Positions 1 through 7,863 of a stretch of 42,510 bases of DNA are shown here, piece by piece. The translations under genes were made by a program, and so were the position numbers. Location of the stretch: positions 1 to 42,510 of the forward strand of contig JAHFOM010000001.1 of assembly GCA_023261685.1 (NCBI GenBank). The letters are read 5' to 3'. The notes under the pieces are model-generated. The model made no database searches. It saw only the letters and a program-made list of their open reading frames with translations, and was not told where the DNA came from. Each line of letters begins with the position of its first letter. Within the stretch, counting starts at the first letter, position 1. This DNA is from Candidatus Moraniibacteriota bacterium. GTDB lineage: Bacteria > Patescibacteriota > Minisyncoccia > Moranbacterales > UBA1568.

Positions 1-891
1 CCCTATCCCGAAAGAAAGATTTCCAAACATACCCGCCCCGGCCGCTGTATGGGCGACACGTGACACGCCAGAGCGATCATTACCGATGAACGCTGACTTC
101 TTCAGTTCGATAGTTCCAGATCCGCCGTACGCCCCGACTTCCATACCCTCGCGCCGGTTATTGCGAAAACTATTTTTCTTGCCAAAAACAGATGCTCCGT
201 CAAGCACCAGCTTGGCGCCGCTCCCTTTATTGTCATTGAAACGATTATCTTCGAGCCATGCCTTGGTACCGAGAGCCAGATCTATACCGTCGCTGCCGTT
301 GGACACGATGTCGCTATTGATGAGCACGATGAAGCGCCTCTCTGAAAAGATACCAGCTTTGTCATTGTCAGAAATTCTTACTGTATCGATGAGCACGCGG
401 TGCTTCTTGTCTCTCGGAGCCGAATCGATATGAATACCGTCGCGATCACTTTTTTTCACAACTACGTCAAAAATATGCGCTTTGGCATCTTCCGCAATCC
501 GCACACCGTGGCGCCCGCCCTTGATTGTCACGTGACTGAGCTCCGTATCGTCCTTCATCGTCACCGTCGGCTTATCATTACTGTCGGACTCAATGATAAC
601 CTTGTCGCGCTTCTCACTCTCGCCAAAAACCTTCACTCCTTTAGGAATGGTGATGTTTTCTTCGTAGGTGCCATTCTTGACCCGCACTTCTGTTCCAGAC
701 TTGGCCTTGTGAAGCGCCTTGGAAATACTGTGGTAGGGCCGTGAGGCTGTCCCTTCTTCATCTCCTTTGGCATCGTTATCAACATAGACCACTTTGGAAC
801 CGCCAAACACAAAAACCGGTACCACCAAAAGCACCGTCACAAAAAGTCCGATAAAAACCTCTTTGGAAAGCCAAAATGCGCGCATCTGCAT
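1..891 (-). CDS. Parallel beta-helix (pectin-lyase-fold) repeat protein with N-terminal membrane anchor; C-terminus cut by window edge
   Basis: Absent from the ORF track because it has no in-window stop. My reverse-strand translation from the ATG at 889-891 (or 883-885) reads MQMRAFWLSKEVFIGLFVTVLLVVPVFVFGG (TM anchor). It continues VYVDNDAKGDEEGTASRPYHSISKALHKAKSGTEVRVKNGTYEENITIPKGVKVFGE, then repeated ~22-aa turns (HVTIKGGRHGVRI, VVVKKSDRDGIHI, VRISDNDKAGIF, IVSNGSDGIDL, NRFNDNKGSGAKL). The frame stays open to position 1. The + strand ORFs 86..433 and 400..744 are its shadows. Confidence 0.75.
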   Translation of the reverse strand, partial: MQMRAFWLSKEVFIGLFVTVLLVVPVFVFGGSKVVYVDNDAKGDEEGTASRPYHSISKALHKAKSGTEVRVKNGTYEENITIPKGVKVFGESEKRDKVIIESDSNDKPTVTMKDDTELSHVTIKGGRHGVRIAEDAKAHIFDVVVKKSDRDGIHIDSAPRDKKHRVLIDTVRISDNDKAGIFSERRFIVLINSDIVSNGSDGIDLALGTKAWLEDNRFNDNKGSGAKLVLDGASVFGKKNSFRNNRREGMEVGAYGGSGTIELKKSAFIGNDRSGVSRVAHTAAGAGMFGNLSFGIG

Positions 892-921
892 ACAAATAGA
901 GAATCAATGATTAAACATCAC

Positions 922-950
922 ATACTAGCAAATTTCCGCATTTTTGTCAA
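922..950 (-). promoter_or_regulatory. sigma70-type promoter TTGACA-N17-TAGTAT upstream of the beta-helix gene
   Basis: On the minus strand, TTGACA is the complement of 945-950 and TAGTAT the complement of 922-927. The spacer is exactly 17 nt, and the promoter lies ~30 nt upstream of the ATG at 891. Confidence 0.6.
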
Positions 951-1000
951 TACCGTTGTTTTCCGCTACAATAAAAGAGAAAGATATAGAACTATCATTG

Positions 1001-1140
1001 AAAAACACAGCTTTCAAAACACAAATGTCCAAACAAAACACAATCCCAGAAACACAAAATCCAAACGCCTGATTTTACTGTTTATGCTTTGAATATTGTG
1101 CTTTGTGATTTGTTTGGTTTTTGTGCTTTTGGATTTGAAC
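1001..1140. repeat. CA-rich/TG-rich quasi-palindromic intergenic repeat, copy 1
   Basis: The left arm is CACAAA-rich (AAAACACAATCCCAGAAACACAAAATCCAAAC, 1035-1066). The right arm is TTTGTG-rich (GCTTTGAATATTGTGCTTTGTGATTTGTTTGGTTTTTGTGCTTTTGGATTTGAAC). The arms are largely complementary. The same two-arm arrangement, with the same motifs, recurs at 23535-23668. Confidence 0.6.
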
Positions 1141-1168
1141 TTCTATTCATAATTTCTCTCAAAAACCT

Positions 1169-3277
1169 ATGCACCTCGAAACACTTTTTTCACCAAAATC
1201 CATCGCGGTCATCGGCGCTTCCACCACCGAGGGCTCCGTCGGCTGGAGCCTCACCGCCAATCTCTTCAAAAACGGCTACGCTGGAAAAATCTATCCCGTC
1301 AATCCGAAAACTGACACGCTCTTCGATATCCCCTGCTACCCAAACATCGCCGCCATCCCGGATGCTGTGGATGTCGCTATCATTATCATTCCCGCGGCAG
1401 CCGTTCCCGGCGCGCTCCGCGAAGCCGGCATCAAAGGCGTCAAGGGCGTCAGTATCATTTCCGCCGGCTTCAAGGAAAGTGGCGAGGCGGGCAGGCGACT
1501 CGAGGAAGAAATACTGGCGATAGCCAAAGAATACGACATCGCGCTCCTCGGTCCCAACTGCTTGGGATTTCTCCGTCCCGCGCTCGGGCTCAATGCTTCT
1601 TTCGCCAAACGGATGCCGACAGATGGAAACATCGCTTTTTTTTCACAGAGCGGAGCGTTGTGCACGGCGCTTCTCGACCTTTCCGCAGATATTCTGGGAT
1701 TCTCTCATTTCATCAGCATCGGCAACAAAACCATCATCGGCGAGAATGAACTCCTTTCCTTTTTGGCGCAAGACGAGCAGGTTCGGCTTATCAGTTTTTA
1801 TTCCGAAGGACTCACGAATAGCCAGAAATGCATCGCTACCGGACACGCTCTCCTCTCGCGGGCGCGCAGTCTTCCTGTCATCGCTCTCAAATCAGGCACC
1901 ACCGCGGCCGGTACGGAAGCATCGAGCTCGCATACCGGTGCGCTCGCCGGCAGCGATGCCGCTTACCACGCGCTCCTCAAGCAATCTCGAATAATCCGTG
2001 CCGATAGTCTTGAAAATCTTCTCGATCTTCTGGTAGTTTTTTCCAAGAATGCCCTCCCCGAAGGCAATCGCATCGGCATCATCACCAACGCCGGAGGACT
2101 CGGCGTACTTGCTACCGACAGTGCCGTGCAAAGCGGACTGACGCTCGCCAGGCTCTCTCCGGAAACCAAGGACAAACTTCGCGTTCTCCCTCCGGCCGCC
2201 AACATCCACAATCCGATAGACGTCTTAGGCGACGCGCTGGCTGATCGCTACTCTCTGGCCATCAATACACTCGTCGATGCCCCGGAAGTAGATATGCTTC
2301 TTGTCATCATTACGCCCCAAACGATGACCGAAGCCAAAGAAACTGCCGAAGCCATCGTCGATGCCAAAGCACGCTCAGCAAAACCCATTGTTGCCGTCTA
2401 TGCCGGGAAGGAATCATTGACAGAGGGTCTGGCTGTCCTGCAAAAAAACGATGTCGCGGTACTCACCTATCCCGAAGCCGGCGCGGAGGCGCTTGCCGCG
2501 CTCGCACAGGTCGGCGCGTGGCGCAGAAACGCTCTCCCCGCAACGTTTGCATTCGATGACATCGACCGGGATGCGGTAACTGCTATTATCACAGCAGCCA
2601 AACAAGAACAACGAGCGAGTCTCTCCGAAACAGAAGTATCCGCTCTTCTCAGAGCCTATGGTTTCCCGCTTCTTGAAAGTCATATCATACACAACAAAGA
2701 AGAGGCGCTGGTCATCACCAAGACATTTGGCAAGCCGACTGTTATGAAAATCATCTCACCGGACATCATCCACAAATCCGATGTCGGCGGAGTGATACTC
2801 GATGTCGCCCCGGACAAAGGAGGAGAGACGTATGAAACACTGATGACACAGGTGAAAGCCCATCTCCCGGAAGCGCGCATTACGGGCGTACTCATCGCCG
2901 AAATGGCAGAAAAAAATAATAGCCATGAAATCATCCTCGGACTAAAAAGAGAACCGGGGCTCGGCACGCTCGTGCTGACGGGACTCGGCGGTATTTTCGT
3001 AGAGACGTTCAAAGATGTAGCGATGCGCTTTGCTCCGCTCAATCAGGAAGATGCGAAGGAAATGCTCCATGAACTGAAAAGCTTCCCTATTTTGGAAGGC
3101 ACGCGCGGGCAAACGGGCATCCATATCGAAACGCTCATCACGATGATCGGACGCCTCTCGCAACTGGCGGCTGATTTTCCAGAAATCACGGAACTCGATA
3201 TCAATCCCGTTCTCGCCTTCTCCGATCCTCACAAATTTCGTGTTCTCGATGCCCGCATCACTATCGAATCAGTATAA
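1169..3277 (+). CDS. Acetate--CoA ligase (ADP-forming), fused alpha/beta subunits (NDP-forming acyl-CoA synthetase family)
   Basis: 702-aa ORF. N-terminal CoA-binding motif FSPKSIAVIGAS..GSVG. Succinyl-CoA-synthetase-like segments FFSQSGAL and SSHTGALAGS (phosphohistidine loop). C-terminal ATP-grasp-like domain (AYGFPLLES...KIISPDIIHKSDVGGV). Confidence 0.9.
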   Translation: MHLETLFSPKSIAVIGASTTEGSVGWSLTANLFKNGYAGKIYPVNPKTDTLFDIPCYPNIAAIPDAVDVAIIIIPAAAVPGALREAGIKGVKGVSIISAGFKESGEAGRRLEEEILAIAKEYDIALLGPNCLGFLRPALGLNASFAKRMPTDGNIAFFSQSGALCTALLDLSADILGFSHFISIGNKTIIGENELLSFLAQDEQVRLISFYSEGLTNSQKCIATGHALLSRARSLPVIALKSGTTAAGTEASSSHTGALAGSDAAYHALLKQSRIIRADSLENLLDLLVVFSKNALPEGNRIGIITNAGGLGVLATDSAVQSGLTLARLSPETKDKLRVLPPAANIHNPIDVLGDALADRYSLAINTLVDAPEVDMLLVIITPQTMTEAKETAEAIVDAKARSAKPIVAVYAGKESLTEGLAVLQKNDVAVLTYPEAGAEALAALAQVGAWRRNALPATFAFDDIDRDAVTAIITAAKQEQRASLSETEVSALLRAYGFPLLESHIIHNKEEALVITKTFGKPTVMKIISPDIIHKSDVGGVILDVAPDKGGETYETLMTQVKAHLPEARITGVLIAEMAEKNNSHEIILGLKREPGLGTLVLTGLGGIFVETFKDVAMRFAPLNQEDAKEMLHELKSFPILEGTRGQTGIHIETLITMIGRLSQLAADFPEITELDINPVLAFSDPHKFRVLDARITIESV

Positions 3278-4498
3278 TCATCTCGAAGATGGTCTCATCA
3301 ATGAAGCGTATATTTTCAAGAGCTCCCTGAGAAAATTTTCCGCAGTCAAATCACTCACACTCTCTGCCGCCCGTACCCGAATCGGTTCCAACGACAATGA
3401 AGGAAGCTTCTCGATCAAATCCTTCAGTGCCTGGGAATCGGAAGCCGGAAAAAGAAATCCATTGACTCCGTGGATAATCCTCTCTGTCATTCCGCCCCTC
3501 TCGGTCGCCAGCACCACGCATCCAGATTGCAAACTCTCAATCACCGTATAGGGGAAATTCTCATACCATACCGAAGGAATGATGACTGCCTGAACCCGCC
3601 GCTTCAATATTTCTAATTCCGTGCCATAGAGAGCTCCCAAGAAACTCACTCGGTCCATCATATTTTTTTCTCGTGTCAGCTGTTCCAGCTTTTTTCGTTC
3701 CGGTCCATCGCCGACTATCCACAACTTCTGTTCCTTCCCCAAAAGTGCCCACGTTTCTAGCAGCGTATCCACTCCTTTTTCCGAAGAAAGCCGTCCAAAA
3801 AATAAAAAAGTATTCGCTTCGCGCCCCGTTGCATCGGTCGGAACAGAAGCTGACAAAAGCGGATTCGGCAAAAAACTGATTTCCGCTCGAAAACCAAGCG
3901 AGTGATACTTCTCAATAAGAAACCGGCTCGGTGCGATGAAACGATCTACCACACCATAACTGCGAAGACATCGGTGGAGCCACTGTTCCATCGCGCACAC
4001 CAGACTCTTGAAGAAAGAATCTTTGACGCACCGATCGATGAGACAGCGGATGCCGGAGGTATGTTCCCAGATCTTTCCGCGCACAAACAGATTGTAATTC
4101 GGGGAAACGAGCTTGTAATCATGCAACGTCATCACGACGGGAATATGGTGCTTTTTGAGGGGCCAGAAAATCGCCGGGGAGAGCTGGTGGTAGATGTTGT
4201 GCAGATGCGCGATATCCGGATGAAAGTCCTCGATCAGCTTTTCCAGTTTCTTGTGGGCTTCGAAATTGAACAGTATTTTCCCGGCAAGAACAATCTTTTT
4301 CCAAAAAGAAAGTGCCTCCTGATACTCGATATTTTCGACAAAATATTTTTCCCACACGGTCGGTCGGTTCTCCGGATGATGCATAGAAAAAAAAGCTACC
4401 GTATGCCCGCGCTCTTCGAGCATCCGCGCCATATCAAAATAAGCGCGCTCGGCGCCACCCTTCAAAAAGTGGTATTTATTGATAAGAAGAATTCTCAT
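3278..4498 (-). CDS. Glycosyltransferase family 4
   Basis: 406-aa ORF. The N-terminus MRILLINKYHFLKGGAERAYFDMARMLEERGHTV is typical of GT4. The C-terminal EX7E motif is ENFPYTVIE, followed by GCVVLATERGG. Its stop codon abuts the stop of the convergent acetyl-CoA synthetase gene (3277/3278). Confidence 0.85.
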   Translation of the reverse strand: MRILLINKYHFLKGGAERAYFDMARMLEERGHTVAFFSMHHPENRPTVWEKYFVENIEYQEALSFWKKIVLAGKILFNFEAHKKLEKLIEDFHPDIAHLHNIYHQLSPAIFWPLKKHHIPVVMTLHDYKLVSPNYNLFVRGKIWEHTSGIRCLIDRCVKDSFFKSLVCAMEQWLHRCLRSYGVVDRFIAPSRFLIEKYHSLGFRAEISFLPNPLLSASVPTDATGREANTFLFFGRLSSEKGVDTLLETWALLGKEQKLWIVGDGPERKKLEQLTREKNMMDRVSFLGALYGTELEILKRRVQAVIIPSVWYENFPYTVIESLQSGCVVLATERGGMTERIIHGVNGFLFPASDSQALKDLIEKLPSLSLEPIRVRAAESVSDLTAENFLRELLKIYASLMRPSSR

Positions 4499-4563
4499 TG
4501 ACTTTGTTTCAGACCTGTGGCATTATACTATACATCCGCTTTTTTCGCAACGTACACATCCCT

Positions 4564-5223
4564 ATGAAGTATTTCCCCCTTGAAAAATTGGCTGCTGCTG
4601 TTTCGACGCGAAGTCGTCAAAAAAAATACGCTCAATTTCTCTCGTGTATCCGCCCGACAAAAGACACGACGATTCTCGATGTCGGCGTCAATACCACAGA
4701 GTACTCTCCTGCCGATAATTTTCTTGAAAAACACTACCCCTATCCAAAAAATATCACCGTCGTGGCAACTGGCAATCTCCAGGTATGGAACGCGCTCTAC
4801 CCAGAGATACGTAGTGTCGAGGCTGATGGTCGCGCTCTACCGTTCGAAGACGATCATTTTGATGTCGCTTACTCCAATGCCGTCATCGAGCATATCGGAG
4901 ACAACGCCGAGCAAGTACGCTTTCTCCGCGAACTCTGGCGCGTCAGTCGCTCTGGATTCCTGACAACCCCCAATCGTCTCTTCCCGATCGAAGTCCACAC
5001 GCGCGTCCCCCTGCTCCATCTCCTCCTCCCCAAAAAATATTTTGATTCCTTTCTGAAACGCATCGGCAAAGGCTGGGCGGCCGACGACTATATGCATCTC
5101 CTGTCAGAAAAAGAGCTCCGCTCCCTCTTCTCTCAAGCAGGCATAACGGGGTATACTCTCATACAGAACCGCTTCCTTGGTTTTCCGATGACCTTCACTA
5201 TCGTATGGAAAAAATACCAGTAA
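4564..5223 (+). CDS. Class I SAM-dependent methyltransferase
   Basis: ORF 4498..5223. The more plausible start is MKYFPLEKL at 4564. Motif I-like ILDVGVNT, and post-motif ADGRALPFEDDHFDVAYSNAVIEHI typical of the Methyltransf_11 type. Confidence 0.8.
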   Translation: MKYFPLEKLAAAVSTRSRQKKYAQFLSCIRPTKDTTILDVGVNTTEYSPADNFLEKHYPYPKNITVVATGNLQVWNALYPEIRSVEADGRALPFEDDHFDVAYSNAVIEHIGDNAEQVRFLRELWRVSRSGFLTTPNRLFPIEVHTRVPLLHLLLPKKYFDSFLKRIGKGWAADDYMHLLSEKELRSLFSQAGITGYTLIQNRFLGFPMTFTIVWKKYQ

Positions 5224-6569
5224 AAAATATCTGGGGAAACCCGTTCATCTGGCTGTTTTGCCTGGGATTTTTTTCGTTCGGCGTGACACTCTCTCTCATT
5301 TTTGATATCACCCTCATTCTCCCCTTGGTCGCTCTTGCTGCCATTCTCTGCCTGTTTCTCTTTTTCCGAAACCCACTCCTCTTACTCTCTCTTCTCATCA
5401 TAGTACGGATGTCGCTTGACTATTCGGCTCAGTATTTTTCGCTGACGCTCTTCGATATCAGCCTCTCCCTCTCCCAGCTTATCGGTATCGCGATAGCTTT
5501 TCTCGGTATCCTCATCATCACCCTCAAACACCGCGCCCTGCCCTCATTTCCACTCAAAACACCGTTCCTCATACTCTTTCTCTGGGGCAGTGCCACGCTC
5601 GCCTATTCTGTCGCTCCTTATGAAACCCTCGAAGAGCTTCTCCGTTTTTTCGACCTTTTCACTCTCTCGTTTCTGGCGTTCATTGGTATCGCCACGCCGT
5701 CCGACTTCAGAAAACTGTTGCTCGCTTTTTTTGCTTCCGCTTTCCTGCCGATTATTTTCGCTCTCTATCAATTTATTTTTTCCATCGGCTTCGCGGACGA
5801 TGCCGTCACCATCCCGCGCATTTTCGGCACCTTCAGCCACCCGAATATTTTCAGTCTCTATCTCTTCACGCTGATCGTTTTTGCGCTGCTCTTTTTGTTG
5901 ACCTTCATCCGTTCACAACGCGAACGCCTCTTCACGTCCATCCTGCTTGGTATCCTGACCATTACCCTCCTCCTGACATTCGCGCGCGTCGCTTGGGTGA
6001 TACTCTTTATTTTTACATTCCTCCTAGCACTCTTTCGCTACCGCTTACTGTTGATTCCACTCATTTTTTTTCCGCTCGTACTGTTCGCTTTTTCCCAAAA
6101 TTTCCAGGACCGCGTGATCGACAGCTTCACTCCCGATCCGGACAGCTCCATCGTCTGGCGCCAAAATCTCTGGTATGATGTCACGGCCAAATCCATCCAA
6201 GACGGCAATAGGTGGCTCGGCTCCGGTATGAATACCTTTCCCCTCGTTTCAGAAAGTTTGCGCGGTGCCCGTTTCGGCTCCAATGATGCGCACAATGACT
6301 TCGTCAAATTCTTCGTCGAGGGCGGTCTCATCGGTCTCTTTGTCTATGTCCTCTACTCTATCAGTATTATTGCTCTTTTGATCCGTCAGTATCGCGAGAG
6401 CGTCCATGACAGCGCGCTTCAGATCGCTTTCGGGATGATGCTCCTATTGTTCTGTTCGCTTAGTATCGCCAGCCTCTCCGACAATGTTTTCAAAAACACC
6501 CCCGTCCAATGGCTCTTCTTCATCGCCTTGGGCGGTCTCTTGGGACTCAGTAAAAAAAGTAAGCAATAA
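5205..6569 (+). CDS. O-antigen ligase (Wzy_C/RfaL-like) family polytopic membrane protein
   Basis: 454-aa, highly hydrophobic multi-TM ORF. It has a late loop and the signature-like segment NDAHNDFVKFFVEGGLIGL. It overlaps the methyltransferase gene by 19 nt. Confidence 0.8.
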   Translation: MEKIPVKNIWGNPFIWLFCLGFFSFGVTLSLIFDITLILPLVALAAILCLFLFFRNPLLLLSLLIIVRMSLDYSAQYFSLTLFDISLSLSQLIGIAIAFLGILIITLKHRALPSFPLKTPFLILFLWGSATLAYSVAPYETLEELLRFFDLFTLSFLAFIGIATPSDFRKLLLAFFASAFLPIIFALYQFIFSIGFADDAVTIPRIFGTFSHPNIFSLYLFTLIVFALLFLLTFIRSQRERLFTSILLGILTITLLLTFARVAWVILFIFTFLLALFRYRLLLIPLIFFPLVLFAFSQNFQDRVIDSFTPDPDSSIVWRQNLWYDVTAKSIQDGNRWLGSGMNTFPLVSESLRGARFGSNDAHNDFVKFFVEGGLIGLFVYVLYSISIIALLIRQYRESVHDSALQIAFGMMLLLFCSLSIASLSDNVFKNTPVQWLFFIALGGLLGLSKKSKQ

Positions 6570-6570
6570 A

Positions 6571-6615
6571 AAAAGGCCCTAGGAAAGATTTCGTTTGCAC
6601 GAATCTCCCTAGTGA
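6571..6615. terminator. Imperfect hairpin between convergent genes, with a T-tract on the minus strand (probable bidirectional terminator)
   Basis: CTAGGAAAGATTTCG (6579-6593) pairs with CGAATCTCCCTAG (6600-6612). On the minus strand the hairpin is followed by GGCCTTTTTTTATTGC. Confidence 0.5.
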
Positions 6616-6636
6616 CCTTGAGTTTCTTCTTCGCGA

Positions 6637-7287
6637 TTACTGTGTAATCGCCAGATAGTATTTTTGGTACTCTGTCACCGCCTCAGGAGTCAGCTCCACT
6701 GCCGACCCATTGACGTCCAATGAGATGAGCGTGGCAACATCCTTCCCGCCCTTGTTGCGTTCAAGAATGTGGCGGGAGGATCCAAAAGGGTGTGAACCCC
6801 ATGCAATCCGCTTGCCTTTGTCATCGACAATGACAAAGGTCAGAGCCGTGACCTTTCCGAAGCTCTCTTTGGTAAAAGTGAGCTGATTAGTGACCGTCTC
6901 CGCCATAGGGGCACAAGACGTTTTGGAGAGGTCATAACGTTGACTTCCGATACCGGCCCAATCATTGCCGGCGCCGGTTATGCAAAACTGCAATCCGGCG
7001 AACCGAGCCGAATCATCAGCATAACTGACAACTTCGACTGTGCCTTTCCCGGACTCGTCCGGATATTTTTTAGCCTTTTGACTACCAGATGGCTCGTTCA
7101 GCCAAACGCCGGCATTTTTGCTGAGCGTTATATTTAACACCCCGGGCGAAACGGTTTCCACGGTCATCGTGGTTTCTCCGCCGGAACCCACAATGGGTGC
7201 GCGTGACCCGAATTGGTGGGTGGTAGCGTCGGCCAACGCCGGTTGAGACAAGAGCAAGGCGCCAAGAACAAAAACGTACTGTTTCAT
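6637..7287 (-). CDS. Secreted hypothetical protein (signal peptide)
   Basis: The ORF track gives 6637..7350. I prefer the start at 7287, where MKQYVFVLGALLLSQPALA is a classic signal peptide preceded by AAAGGAGAGAAAAG. No recognisable domain. Confidence 0.7.
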   Translation of the reverse strand: MKQYVFVLGALLLSQPALADATTHQFGSRAPIVGSGGETTMTVETVSPGVLNITLSKNAGVWLNEPSGSQKAKKYPDESGKGTVEVVSYADDSARFAGLQFCITGAGNDWAGIGSQRYDLSKTSCAPMAETVTNQLTFTKESFGKVTALTFVIVDDKGKRIAWGSHPFGSSRHILERNKGGKDVATLISLDVNGSAVELTPEAVTEYQKYYLAITQ

Positions 7288-7404
7288 CTTTTCTCTCCTT
7301 TGAGAAAGGTTGCCGACAGGATTGTCGGTCAACCGGTTAAACTGAGTCAATTGGGAAACAACTCACGTTTAGTGAGTGTTTTTTACCCATTCACTAAACA
7401 TTTG

Positions 7405-7433
7405 ATTATACACCCTCCTACTCTTTTTGTCAA
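7405..7433 (-). promoter_or_regulatory. Perfect-consensus sigma70 promoter TTGACA-N17-TATAAT driving 6637..7287
   Basis: On the minus strand, TTGACA is the complement of 7428-7433 and TATAAT the complement of 7405-7410. The spacer is 17 nt. The -35 lies exactly 9 bp beyond the end of the repeat element at 7443. Confidence 0.75.
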
Positions 7434-7442
7434 GGGCAAGGG

Positions 7443-7674
7443 CTTACATTCTATCCTAAAGTGCAATGGTTCAACCGCCAAAAGAATTTTTTGGCTCTCG
7501 TTTCACACTGTGTGAAGAAGGTCTCTCGGCTCGAAAAAAGAAGCTTCTCCGCCATTGATTGGGGGCGACTTTTTTCTCGTTCAGCCGAGAGGTCCTGATG
7601 AGTGGTGGAATGGAGACAAAAAATTACTTTTGGTGGTTGAACTGAAATGAGCAAGTATTGCACTTCAGAATAGA
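7443..7674. repeat. Rod-like quasi-palindromic element, copy 1 (unclassified structured repeat)
   Basis: 232 bp, non-coding, and homologous to 15708-15943 (core roughly 85-90 percent identical by eye). It has long complementary arms and nested inner stems, with compensatory differences between the copies. Details are in the findings. Confidence 0.85.
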
Positions 7675-7714
7675 GCTCGGGGGGAGCTACCATAAACTAA
7701 AGGAATCCCTCCCC

Positions 7715-7755
7715 CTAAAAAAGAAAAAGGCGGGAACGTCATGATCGTTCCCGCC
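7715..7755 (-). terminator. Rho-independent terminator of the LysM-protein gene
   Basis: Stem GGCGGGAACG (7729-7738) pairs with CGTTCCCGCC (7746-7755). On the minus strand it is followed by TTTTTCTTTTTT. Confidence 0.85.
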
Positions 7756-7863
7756 TGATTTGATGCATTGCATCAGTAGTGAATTTTCTTCTCTGTTCCG
7801 ATTCCAGGCCGATAGCGTGACTTACTACCCTTTTTATAGGTCCTTGGACGGAGTGAAAAGATT

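Noticed and set aside
86-744. Plus-strand ORFs 86..433 and 400..744 at the window start.
   Set aside because: The minus strand is open from 891 to position 1 and encodes a coherent TM-anchored beta-helix repeat protein. The plus-strand ORFs are S/L/P-rich shadows.
3275-3280. The back-to-back stop codons of convergent genes as a possible assembly joint or chimera.
   Set aside because: Both genes are complete, with normal C-termini, and composition is continuous across the junction. Compact convergent ends are common in reduced genomes.
7595-7602. A CTGATGAG motif in the repeat core (also at 15870-15877), reminiscent of the hammerhead ribozyme catalytic core.
   Set aside because: No stem II can be drawn after it (GTGGTGGAATGGAGAC does not self-pair). 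There is no correctly placed GAAA and stem III cleavage-site arrangement either. I treat it as coincidence within a conserved stem region.
7451-7693. The 80-aa minus-strand ORF and the 100-aa plus-strand ORF (7213..7515) overlapping repeat copy 1.
   Set aside because: The reading frames are not preserved in copy 2: the small ATGAGTGG... frame ends at different places in the two copies. The promoter for the downstream gene also lies inside these ORFs. I judge the region non-coding.
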